Notes: a model not told the origin generated them from the sequence alone. Shown: positions 8,932 to 17,240, numbered from the stretch's first letter. The stretch: DNA of 24,105 bases from Pseudomonadota bacterium (GCA_043821645.1 JBDRCO010000098.1:1-24105), one strand, 5' to 3'. Program-made: numbers and translations.

Positions 8932-10923
8932 TTACTGAGTGGTGCACGGCCCGCCCATGCTGCCGAGGCAAAAGCGCCCGACCAGCAGCGTGACGCCCTG
9001 GGTGAAACTTTCGTCGGCGAAGATCTTGAGCGTTCCGCCGTTGCTGGTGCTGTCGCCGCTGCCGGTCGTGTCGACGGTGGCGGCCACCCCGAAACCCACC
9101 GAGGGCGCGACCAGCAGGATGCCGCCACCCGCGCCTCCGCCACCGAGCCCGCCGCGGGCTCCGTAGCGGTTGTCGCCTCCGTCGAGGCAGGGATTGCCGC
9201 GTAGACCGCGAAGGCTGGTCTGGACCACGTCGGCATGGCCACCGCGGCCACCGCTGCCTCCGTAGTAGCGGCAGGTGCCGTCGCCGCCGTTCACGCCGTT
9301 GCCACCTTGTACCCCGCCAGTCCGCAGGCTGCCGAGGATGACCACGCTCTCGGCGGCGAACAGTCTGAGCAGACCACCACCTCGCCCACCGGCGCCCCCG
9401 CCACCACCGCCACCTCCGCCGTAGTTGTGGCTGTTGCCGTGGTGACCGCCGCCTCCGCCTCCGCCGCCCCCGCCCCCGCCAGAACCCATCAGGACGCTCT
9501 GGTCGGCGCTGGTGTCGCCGTTGTTCCCGTTCGCCGCGTAGCCGCCAGCAATACCGCTGGTACCTTCACTGCCGTTGGCATAGCGCACCACAGCTCCCGG
9601 TCCGCCGCCGCCGCGGGCGCCACCAAAGGGTCCGCCGCCAAGACCGCCCCGGCCTCCGTTGCCACCGCCGCCTGTGCTGTCGCCGCAGTCGGAATTGATC
9701 TGGGGTGCGCCACCGGCGACACCATCGGCACCATCTTCCACGCCGACGCCGGCTGCACCGGCCCCGCGCGTGTAGGACCCGCCCCCGCCGCCCCCGGCGC
9801 CTCCGCCACCGCCTCCTCCACCGCCGTGGCCCTTGCCCACCGCCGACAGCGTCCCGGTGATGTCGATGACGCGTGCATGCACCTCGAGTGAGCCCCCGGC
9901 TCCGGCCTTGTAGGCCGCCACCGTGGTGGTCCCGGACACGCGAAAGGTGTCTATGCTGGTGTGCACGCCGGCGACCTCGCCCGTGCCCGGCTCCCAGTCC
10001 GCGCCGCAGTGGTCGCCTCCTTCGGTCGCCGTCCACAGGTGGCCCTCGCACAGGATGCAGCTGCCGTTGCCCGCACCGGTGCAGGCCCAGCCGGCTTCGA
10101 CCTGGCATCGGTCGTCACAGCCATCGCCCGGGCTGAGGTTGTCGTCGTCGCAGGTCTCCCCGAACTCCACATCACCGTTGCCACAGGTGCCGGCGTCCTG
10201 GGCCGTGACGAGGTCAGAGACGTGTGCATCGCGTCGCGTGTCGTCACCCGTACGATCCGAGGGAAAGAGGTCGAGCGCCGAGGTATCGGGAACGCGGGTA
10301 TCCCCTGGAGAATTGTCTGTGGCAATGGCGTCGAGCGCAGGTGCGTCCCTGGGCGTGGCATCCCCGCTGTTCAAAAGGTCCCGGGTTCCGAGATCCCCAG
10401 GGGACCTTTCCGTCGACGCCACGTCGACGACACGCCTGTCCGGCAGCGACAGGTCCGAAGCCTCTCCGTCACCGGAGCCGAGGTCCCCGGGCAGCAGGTC
10501 TGTGTTGTCTCCGTCTTGACCCGTCGAGGCGTCGCTTGCGACGTCGAGGCAGCTCGCATCGTGAGGCGCCTGGCAGATCCCCCCGGCGCAGGTCTCGCCC
10601 GTCGCGCAGTTGGTGACGCCAGCGCACAGGGTCCTGCACTTTTTTTCGATGCAGGTCTCGCTGCTCAGGCAGTCGTCAGAACGGGCACAGGCTGCGCCCA
10701 CGACGAGGCACGCGTGTGCCCGGCAGGCGAGACCCGGCTCGCACTGGGCCGTACTGTCGCAGCGCCGACGGCAGCTCGCCTCGACACAGATCTCGCTGGA
10801 TGTGCAGTCCGCGGAGCTCAGGCATGGGCTCGCGGGCGACGCGCAGGTGCACGCTTGCATGCCCCCGGTGACGAGCACCGCCAGCTCCAGCAGCAGGACC
10901 AGCCGATCACCGGAGCACGCCAT
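8932..10923 (-). CDS. Exported/lipoprotein: Cys-rich repeats, Asp-rich linker, myxobacterial Cys-rich repeat and glycine-rich domain (Gly-rich protein 1)
   Basis: ATG 10923 with hydrophobic stretch and MQA-C. Four C-x5-C-x5-C-x4-C units. CGNG...ETCDDDN..PGDGCDDRCQVEAGWAC. GGGGG runs alternate with strands (LEVHA, LLRLFA, ILLVAP, TLKIFA). Start is uncertain because the frame is open up to 11292. Confidence 0.8.
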   Translation of the reverse strand: MACSGDRLVLLLELAVLVTGGMQACTCASPASPCLSSADCTSSEICVEASCRRRCDSTAQCEPGLACRAHACLVVGAACARSDDCLSSETCIEKKCRTLCAGVTNCATGETCAGGICQAPHDASCLDVASDASTGQDGDNTDLLPGDLGSGDGEASDLSLPDRRVVDVASTERSPGDLGTRDLLNSGDATPRDAPALDAIATDNSPGDTRVPDTSALDLFPSDRTGDDTRRDAHVSDLVTAQDAGTCGNGDVEFGETCDDDNLSPGDGCDDRCQVEAGWACTGAGNGSCILCEGHLWTATEGGDHCGADWEPGTGEVAGVHTSIDTFRVSGTTTVAAYKAGAGGSLEVHARVIDITGTLSAVGKGHGGGGGGGGGAGGGGGGSYTRGAGAAGVGVEDGADGVAGGAPQINSDCGDSTGGGGNGGRGGLGGGPFGGARGGGGPGAVVRYANGSEGTSGIAGGYAANGNNGDTSADQSVLMGSGGGGGGGGGGGGHHGNSHNYGGGGGGGGGAGGRGGGLLRLFAAESVVILGSLRTGGVQGGNGVNGGDGTCRYYGGSGGRGGHADVVQTSLRGLRGNPCLDGGDNRYGARGGLGGGGAGGGILLVAPSVGFGVAATVDTTGSGDSTSNGGTLKIFADESFTQGVTLLVGRFCLGSMGGPCTTQ
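10081..10185 (-). repeat. Myxococcus cysteine-rich repeat (DUF4215-like) unit
   Basis: CGNGDVEFGETCDDDNLSPGDGCDDRCQVEAGWAC. Confidence 0.85.
10573..10824 (-). repeat. Four tandem Cys-rich protein repeats (C-x5-C-x5-C-x4-C)
   Basis: CLSSADCTSSEICVEASC / CDSTAQCEPGLACRAHAC / CARSDDCLSSETCIEKKC / CAGVTNCATGETCAGGIC. Confidence 0.85.
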
Positions 10924-10939
10924 GCCCTTGCCTCGAGAA

Positions 10940-11296
10940 TCACGCCTGCAACATTTTAACGTGTTTACCGCGGAGAAGCTCACGCTGGGCAACGGTGAAG
11001 GACACGACCTGCCGCAGGGTGGTTCGGCCGTCGGGATGATCCGCTTGCCGTCGATGAGGTCGCGACCGACTCCCGGTGTAGCGGTGCCGCTCACGGTGAT
11101 GGGTACCACCACGGCACTGCTGCTTGCAGCGTCGAGCAGCAGGATCGCGGGCTGGCCGGGCTGGTCGAAGCACGCGTGCCCGGTGATGGCGGGTTCCTGG
11201 GTCTCGAAGGTCACGTGCAGGGTCTCCTGGGCCGAGGCGACGGAGATCGCGCTCACGGATGCGGTGACGGCGAGCGCGAGCGGCGAGTCAGGTCAT
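10940..11296 (-). pseudogene. Possible decayed gene for an exported Calx-beta-like protein
   Basis: GGGAGA RBS then ATG(11296)-ACC-TGA. An adjacent frame reads LALAVTASVSAISVASA-QET (signal-peptide-like) and LLDAASSSAVVVPITVSGTATPG.GRD...IIP (Calx-beta-like). Confidence 0.4.
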
Positions 11297-11451
11297 GTGG
11301 TTCTCCCAGAAATAAAGATGAGCGAATCACAAGACATCAGCTCGCCCTTGCGGCTGCAGCGCGGCCACCAGGAGAGCCATCGGCCTCAACTCGACGACGC
11401 TGCTATGCTGTCCCCACCACCACGGGGTGATCCCAGCACGCAGGGGGTTGT

Positions 11452-14400
11452 ATGGCCAGACATGCGAAGGGTCCCACCGCAGGCGATCACCTTTGGCGCC
11501 GTCGTCAACGACCGGCTGTCTTCGGTGGAGGTACCGGTCCGTCGCGCTGGCTCGCGCGCGTCCTCGGCCTCGGCCTGCTGCTGGGCTCGCCCGTGGTGGG
11601 CCGCGCCGCATCGGTGGAGCTGGTGTTTCGTGACTACCTGGTCTACCCGGACTTCGTGCAGAGCCTGCAGGGCGGCGCTGCGTTGACGCTCGGGCGCTGG
11701 GACTACCACGACGCTGGCGGCACCTGGATCGACGTGCCGCGGGTGATCAACGGCCACCTCGACGGACCCGGTACCGCAATCTCGGGCGCATTCAATGGAA
11801 TGCAGCCGGACCCGCACTGGAAGCGCATCGTGGTGCAGGGCTCCTTCCAGAGCCTGGAGCTGCGCGGTGCCGATGACGACGGCGCGCGTCGTGGACGTCC
11901 CGGTGCCTGGGGGAGCTGGCTCGCGGTGACGGGTCAGGACGTGCCCGCCACCCTGACCGACGCGCAGTACCTGAGCTACCGCATCACCCTGAATGGCGGC
12001 GACGTGGTGACCCAGATAGACCTCGTCATCGAGCCGGATCTTCGCGACGCGCACCCGCGCTTGCTGGTCGATGACCTGACGGACCTGCGTGCGCGCTGCA
12101 CCGGTGCGCTGTCGCACGCCTGCGACGTGAGCTCGATGTTCGCCAACTCCACCCACCTCACGGCAGCGCTGTCAGGCTACGACGCGTCGCAGCTGGCGCG
12201 CATCGCCAAGGTCATGGCCTTCGAGTACCTGGTGCGCGGCACGCCCCAGCACGCGGTGCGGGCGCGCGCCGTGCTGGCCCAGCTCGCCAGCCACGACAGG
12301 CAACACTGGGTGGACCTGCGCGATCAGATCCAGGATCTGGGTCTGGGCTGGATAGGCCTGAGCTGGATGCTGGCCCTGGACTGGGTCGTCGACAGCGTCG
12401 ACAGGCAGAACCCCACCGAGCTGGCCGAGCTGCAGACCATCGCCCAGGGCACGGTGGTGTTCGTCGACTACCTGCTCGAGATGTACAAGCACTCGGACTT
12501 CAACAACCACTTTCACCTGGGGCGCTCGCCGGTGCTGCTGGCGGGCCTGGCCCTTCACGACGAGGGCCTGGTGGACGCGGACGCCCGGCGCTACCTCGAC
12601 CAGGGTTTCGACCTGCTGTTCAACCACGCGCACCCGGGGCTCAACGTGGTGGCCGGCGACATGGGCGGCTGGCACGAGAGCCTGGGCTACTTCGACGGCG
12701 AGATGGGCCTGCCGCTGATGGTGGACATGGACGCGTTGCGCACCGCCACCGGCGTCGACTTCTTTCAGGACTCGAGCTTCTGGCGCAACCTGCCCTTCTG
12801 GTACCTGTCGTCGACGGTCAACAGCGACCTGTCGCTGATCCACTGGGCGGACCAGGGCAAGGACCGCTGGTCCACCGCGCTGGATGGCTCGGCCTCCGAG
12901 GGCAAGGGCACGCGCGACTACTTCACCGGCCTGCACAAGAACCTGGCGCGCCTGGGCTATGCCGAGGCCGAGCTGGCGCAGTACCTGCTCGACCAGCGCA
13001 TCGGCGCCTACTACGACTCCGGCAGCTACGGCGAGTCCTACTACAAGGTGGCGCACCTGAACGACGTGCTGTGGTACACGCCGGGGGCGCCGGCCTCGGG
13101 CCTGCCCAACGCGCCGGCGTCGAGCCACTTTGCCAACCTGGGCGAGGTGATCCTGCGCCAGGGCACGGACGCCGACGACGCCATGGCCATGTTCGCCTGC
13201 GCGGATTTTCGCGGCGGCCACCAGCAGGCCGACAACGGCCACTTCTCGATCTGGTACCGCGGCTACCTGGCCGTGGACTCGGGCTACTACGACGGCTGGG
13301 GCAGCGCGCACCACATGAACTACGCGCGGCGCAGCATCGCCCACAACACCCTGACCGTGACCATGCCCGGCGAAACCTTCTCGGGTACGGGCCACAACGA
13401 CGGCGGTCAGGCCTTTGCGTGTAACACCGACTACTACAACTCGCCGGCCCGGGATCCTGCCTGCGACGTCTGCGACATGTGGTTGAGCACGGGCAGCAGT
13501 CCGGCCTACGACTGGATAGATGCGGACCTGACAGCATCCTACGACCCGGCCAAGGTGACGACGGTGACCCGCAGCTTCGTCTGGCTGCGGCCGGATCTGT
13601 TCATCGTCCACGACCAGGTCGAGAGCACCCATGCGAGCTACCCCAAGCGCTTCCTGCTGCACGGGCTGGGACCCTTCGTCGCCAGCGGCAGCGACCACTA
13701 CGTGGACCAGGACAGCGGCCGCCTGTTCGTGCGCACCCTGCTGCCCGCGTCCGCGCAGACCGTGCAGGTGGGAGGCGCAGGCCACGAGTGGGAGGTCGAG
13801 GGCACCAACTACACGCCGTCGCGCGGTCTGGCCTTCTCGGGCACGCACAGGCTCGAAATCTCCCCGCCGACTTCCGCGGTGCGCGACACCTTCGTGCACG
13901 TGCTGCAGGTGGCAGATCAGGGCCTGTCCACGATGCAGGCCTCGACGCTGCTCACCGCCAGTGGCGCCCACGGCGTGCAGGTGGACAACTGGCTGGTGTG
14001 GTTCGGCGACCCCGGGCCGCTGAACGCGCTGAGCTACCAGGTGGACACTGGGTCGGCGACCCAGGTGCTCGTCGGCAGCCTCGCTGCCACCACGGCCTAC
14101 CAGGTCCAGAGCGGCAGCGGCGCAGCCTTCACCGCCACGACGGACGCGCACGGCGTGCTTTTCTTTGCGGACAGCGTGACGGGCTCGCACACGGTTACCG
14201 TGGGCGGGGGCACCCCGGCCGATGCGGGGCCTGGCGTCGACGCGGCGGTGACCACAGATGCCGCCACAAGCGCAGATGTCAGCACCCCGACGGACGCGAC
14301 CACGGCCAGCGATGTGGCCACCAGCGTGGATGGGGCGACGACAACCGATGCCGCGACGGGCGCGGATTCTTCCACCGCCGCGGATGCGTCGACGGGTCAG

Positions 14401-14634
14401 GACGCGGCAGCGGGCACCGATGCCGGGGTGGCCGCCGATGCCAGTGTTGTGGGCGACGCGAGCAGCGGCGCCGACGCGGTGATGCCGGCCCAGCCCGACG
14501 CTGGCGCCCCGGCGGTCGTGGGCAGCGGCTGCGACTGTGCGGCCTCCCCCGCCCGACAATCGTCAGCGCTGCTGGGTGTCGTGCTCAGCGCGGCAGTCCT
14601 GTGGCGACGACGCCGAGGCCCGGGTCGAGCCTGA
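11452..14634 (+). CDS. Secreted heparinase II/III-like polysaccharide lyase with MYXO-CTERM sorting signal
   Basis: Signal-like RWLARVLGLGLLLGSPVVGRAA. HPRLL, GGWHESLGY and GGHQQADNGHFSIWYRGYLAVDSGYY...HHMNYARRSIAHNTL fit the Hepar_II_III motif. Asp/Ala/Thr linker, then GCDCAAS...LLGVVLSAAVLWRRRR. Exact start uncertain. Confidence 0.82.
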   Translation: MARHAKGPTAGDHLWRRRQRPAVFGGGTGPSRWLARVLGLGLLLGSPVVGRAASVELVFRDYLVYPDFVQSLQGGAALTLGRWDYHDAGGTWIDVPRVINGHLDGPGTAISGAFNGMQPDPHWKRIVVQGSFQSLELRGADDDGARRGRPGAWGSWLAVTGQDVPATLTDAQYLSYRITLNGGDVVTQIDLVIEPDLRDAHPRLLVDDLTDLRARCTGALSHACDVSSMFANSTHLTAALSGYDASQLARIAKVMAFEYLVRGTPQHAVRARAVLAQLASHDRQHWVDLRDQIQDLGLGWIGLSWMLALDWVVDSVDRQNPTELAELQTIAQGTVVFVDYLLEMYKHSDFNNHFHLGRSPVLLAGLALHDEGLVDADARRYLDQGFDLLFNHAHPGLNVVAGDMGGWHESLGYFDGEMGLPLMVDMDALRTATGVDFFQDSSFWRNLPFWYLSSTVNSDLSLIHWADQGKDRWSTALDGSASEGKGTRDYFTGLHKNLARLGYAEAELAQYLLDQRIGAYYDSGSYGESYYKVAHLNDVLWYTPGAPASGLPNAPASSHFANLGEVILRQGTDADDAMAMFACADFRGGHQQADNGHFSIWYRGYLAVDSGYYDGWGSAHHMNYARRSIAHNTLTVTMPGETFSGTGHNDGGQAFACNTDYYNSPARDPACDVCDMWLSTGSSPAYDWIDADLTASYDPAKVTTVTRSFVWLRPDLFIVHDQVESTHASYPKRFLLHGLGPFVASGSDHYVDQDSGRLFVRTLLPASAQTVQVGGAGHEWEVEGTNYTPSRGLAFSGTHRLEISPPTSAVRDTFVHVLQVADQGLSTMQASTLLTASGAHGVQVDNWLVWFGDPGPLNALSYQVDTGSATQVLVGSLAATTAYQVQSGSGAAFTATTDAHGVLFFADSVTGSHTVTVGGGTPADAGPGVDAAVTTDAATSADVSTPTDATTASDVATSVDGATTTDAATGADSSTAADASTGQDAAAGTDAGVAADASVVGDASSGADAVMPAQPDAGAPAVVGSGCDCAASPARQSSALLGVVLSAAVLWRRRRGPGRA
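14212..14481 (+). repeat. 15 degenerate hexapeptide repeats (xxxD[A/V/G/S]x; 18-bp period) in the lyase linker
   Basis: TPADAG PGVDAA VTTDAA TSADVS TPTDAT TASDVA TSVDGA TTTDAA TGADSS TAADAS TGQDAA AGTDAG VAADAS VVGDAS SGADAV. Confidence 0.9.
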
Positions 14635-14655
14635 AGCGCAGATCCGGAGTCGCGC

Positions 14656-15048
14656 TCAACCCTCTCCCAGTGCCCGCGCGAAGGCATCGGGAAGCGGCAC
14701 CGGATGTCCCTGGTCGTCGGCGGTGACCATGCCGGTATGGCCCTCGACCAGCAGCTCGCGGCCGCCACCGTCGCCCAGCCTCTCGACCCGGCTGCCGAGC
14801 ACGAAGCCCTTGCGGCGCAGCTCCTGCACCCAGGTGCTGATCAGCAGCTCATCGTCAAAGCGTGCCGAGGCGCGGTAGCGACAGGCGGTGTCGGCGATGG
14901 GCAGGTGGCGGTCGTAGACCAGGCCGAGCTGGCGGAACATCTCGACCCGACCCAGCTCGAAGTAAACGAAGTAGGCCCCGTAGTAGACGATGCCGCTGGC
15001 GTCGGTCTCGGCGTAGCGCACGCGGGTGCGGGTCTCGTAGATCTTCAT
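14656..15048 (-). CDS. Acyl-CoA thioesterase (YbgC/4HBT hot-dog fold)
   Basis: RVRYAETDASGIVYYGAYFVYFELGRVE and CRYRASARFDDEL. ATG at 15048. Confidence 0.92.
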   Translation of the reverse strand: MKIYETRTRVRYAETDASGIVYYGAYFVYFELGRVEMFRQLGLVYDRHLPIADTACRYRASARFDDELLISTWVQELRRKGFVLGSRVERLGDGGGRELLVEGHTGMVTADDQGHPVPLPDAFARALGEG

Positions 15049-15054
15049 GGCGGG

Positions 15055-15083
15055 ATCATGGGTCAGCGACGAGGATCTGCCAA
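15055..15083 (-). promoter_or_regulatory. Putative promoter (TTGGCA-N17-CATGAT), 6 nt upstream of the thioesterase ATG
   Basis: Minus-strand match with canonical spacing. No Shine-Dalgarno before the ATG. Confidence 0.5.
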
Positions 15084-15113
15084 GTGCGGCTGCAACGCGC
15101 GCCCGGGCAGCTG

Positions 15114-17240
15114 CTACCACACCGCGATGCCACCCTGGCTGCACAGGCCGTCACAGGCATCGGCGGTGATGCTGGGGCTGAGCACGGCACCGGTGGCGAT
15201 GGACAGCCCGCTGCTCGAGGTGTTGAAGCGGAGACGCCCGGCGCCGCCCCCCCCTCCACCCTGGGCCGCGGTGTTTGGCGTCGAGGTGTACTGGTGACCT
15301 TGCTGGCCGTCGGGCGTGCTCGCGGCGCCGCCAAGCCCGCCACTGCCGGTCTCGGTGCCTGCCTTGGCCGCTCCACCCTGCGCTCGTTGTCGATCCGCGG
15401 TCCCTGTTTGGCCAGCCTGGCCAAAATCGGAGTCCGTTCAAGTGCAGTCGCCGCTGGCACCTCCCCCGCCAGCTGCCGTCACGAATGCGTTCTGTTCCAC
15501 GAAGACCAGGGGCGCCTCGATCAGGACGGCGCCGCCTGCACCGCCGCCGGCCCCGCCGGCATTGCCGGTCTGCCCACCGCCACCTCCCGCAGCCTGTATG
15601 CCACCACCCGCGGCGATGGTGATGCTCTCACCGGCAGAGATCTGCAGGGCGCCACCGCCGCCGCCCCCCGGGCCCAGCCAGTCACCCGCGGGCCCTTCCC
15701 CGACGACAATGGACTGTCCCGCGCCGCCGCTGCCGCCGACCAGGGGAACCAGCTCGGCGCTGCCGCAGACGCCGCCACCCTCGCCGCCACCCAGCCAGGT
15801 GCCGCTGCCATCTTGTGATGGACCGCCCTCGCCCCCCGCACCACCGTGGCCACCGCCGCCGCTGCCCTTGGAGTAGATGTTGGCGACATCGACGCCCACG
15901 CCGGGTTGCCCCGGGCAGGGACCGTCGCCCGCCACACCCTCGTCGCCACCGGAGAAGCCTCCTGGCCCTCCCGTCTCGGTGTAAAACCAGGGCCAGGTAT
16001 CGCCGATGTGTTCGGCCGTGCCCGTGGCACTGATATCGATGATGCCTGCCAGCTGTACGGTCTCGGTGGCGACCAGGGCCACGGCCCGGCTGCCCACGAT
16101 GCGAACGCGCACCCCGGAGGCCACGACCATGTTGCGTGCGCCGAACACCAGCAGCTGGGGCGCACCTGCTCCCTGGGACACGATGCTGTACTCCGAGGAG
16201 TCCAAGGGCGTGCCGTTGATGGTGATGGCCGTGGTGTCGACCACGACATCGGTGTCGAGGAGCACATCGAAATCCCAGCCGCCGATGAGGGTGCGGCTCA
16301 TGTTGGAGGGATCCAGCAGGTTGCAGCGGGCGGGGTCCTCGAACCCGTTGCAGCCGAGCGGGCAGGGCAGGGCGTCCTCGACCGAACCCGCGCTGTCGCA
16401 GGTGACCAGGATGTCACCGCGGCAGCTCACCTCTGCGGGAACGCAAACGCGGGTGTCCGGAAGCGCTGCGTCGGCGATGGCGGCGTCGGGATTCCCCGCG
16501 GCATCGCTCGCGCCGCCGCTGTCCAGCCCGCTGCTCGCGTCCGGGGAGCCGCTGGCGTCGTCACCACCGGCACCGTCGACAGCAGGCGCAGAGTCCGCTG
16601 CTCCGCCGCTGTCGTCGCTCGACGCGGCGTCACTGCCCGGTGTGGTGTCCCCGCTGGCGCTCGCATCTGCGTGTGCGCTGTCCATCGCCGTGGCATCGGC
16701 AGTCGCGACGTCATCGCCGCCGCCGTCGAGGGGCGCCTGATCCACGCTCCCGTTGTCGCTAGCGTGCAGGTCCAGACTCACGGCGTCGCCACCGCCGCCG
16801 TCGGCCACCAGGCAGCGACCGCCCTCGCAGCGTTGCGCCGCTGCGCAGCCCGCGCCGGAGGTGGCCTGCAGCGAGATGCGCAGGATGGCATCCTGCCCGG
16901 CCTGCAGCGTCTGCTCGACGCAGCCGTCGACGAAGACCAGGCAGCCGTCGTCGCGGACCTCGGCGCGAAAGGCCACGCGGCCGAAGCCCACCTCGCCCAG
17001 GGAGGGCATGGCGCCGCGCGCATCAAAGCTCAGGCGGGGAGCCAGGTTGGCCTGGCGCAGGGCCTCGCAGCTCAGGGCCTCGCCGACGAACAGGTCGACC
17101 CAGCGCGCGCGGTCCAGCGCAGCCTGGTCGGGATAGCTGAGGATGAGCTGGTAGCGGCCGCCCTCGCAGCACAGCGTGCCCAGGGCGAGCGCCGCGATCA
17201 GCGCCCCCTGTCTTGCCCAGCTGGCTGCGGCATGGCCCAC
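15114..17240 (-). CDS. Glycine-rich surface lipoprotein with in-frame TGA at codon 601; candidate selenoprotein (C-T-U), 708 aa (Gly-rich protein 2)
   Basis: GTG 17240 lies 6 nt after AGGAG. Lipoprotein-like signal ...IAALALGTLCC, then a beta domain, Cys repeat, Asp-rich linker and Gly-rich domain. After TGA (15440-15438) the frame stays open for 107 codons to TAG 15116-15114, encoding TDSDFGQAGQ...GGGGGGAGRLRFNT...VLSP...CDGLCSQGGIAVW. Confidence 0.78.
15398..15437 (-). promoter_or_regulatory. Candidate bacterial SECIS element
   Basis: mRNA: UGA ACGGACUCCGAU UUUGGCCA GGC UGGCCAAA CAGGGACCG. Perfect 8-bp upper stem, loop starting GG 20 nt after the UGA, lower stem CGG-A-CUC/GGG-A-CCG. Confidence 0.68.

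Noticed and set aside
14212-14481. CRISPR array or nucleotide-level tandem repeat
   Set aside because: The periodicity is at the amino-acid level inside a CDS, with no identical repeats or spacers.
12172-14559. Long antisense ORFs (also 166..2385, 3430..5052, 18167..19903)
   Set aside because: These are typical shadow ORFs of high-GC coding strands, with no recognisable motifs.
15438-15440. TGA reassigned genome-wide to Trp or Gly (alternative genetic code)
   Set aside because: TGA ends many genes here at their natural C-termini (treZ, hydrolase, DoxX, lyase, SDR, sulfatase-like), so any read-through must be site-specific.
15056-15460. ORF-track calls 15056..15460(-) and 15151..15441(-) as separate genes or as a frameshifted continuation
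   Set aside because: They encode Arg/Pro-rich off-frame sequence. The coherent continuation is in the same frame as the upstream protein, so no frameshift is needed.
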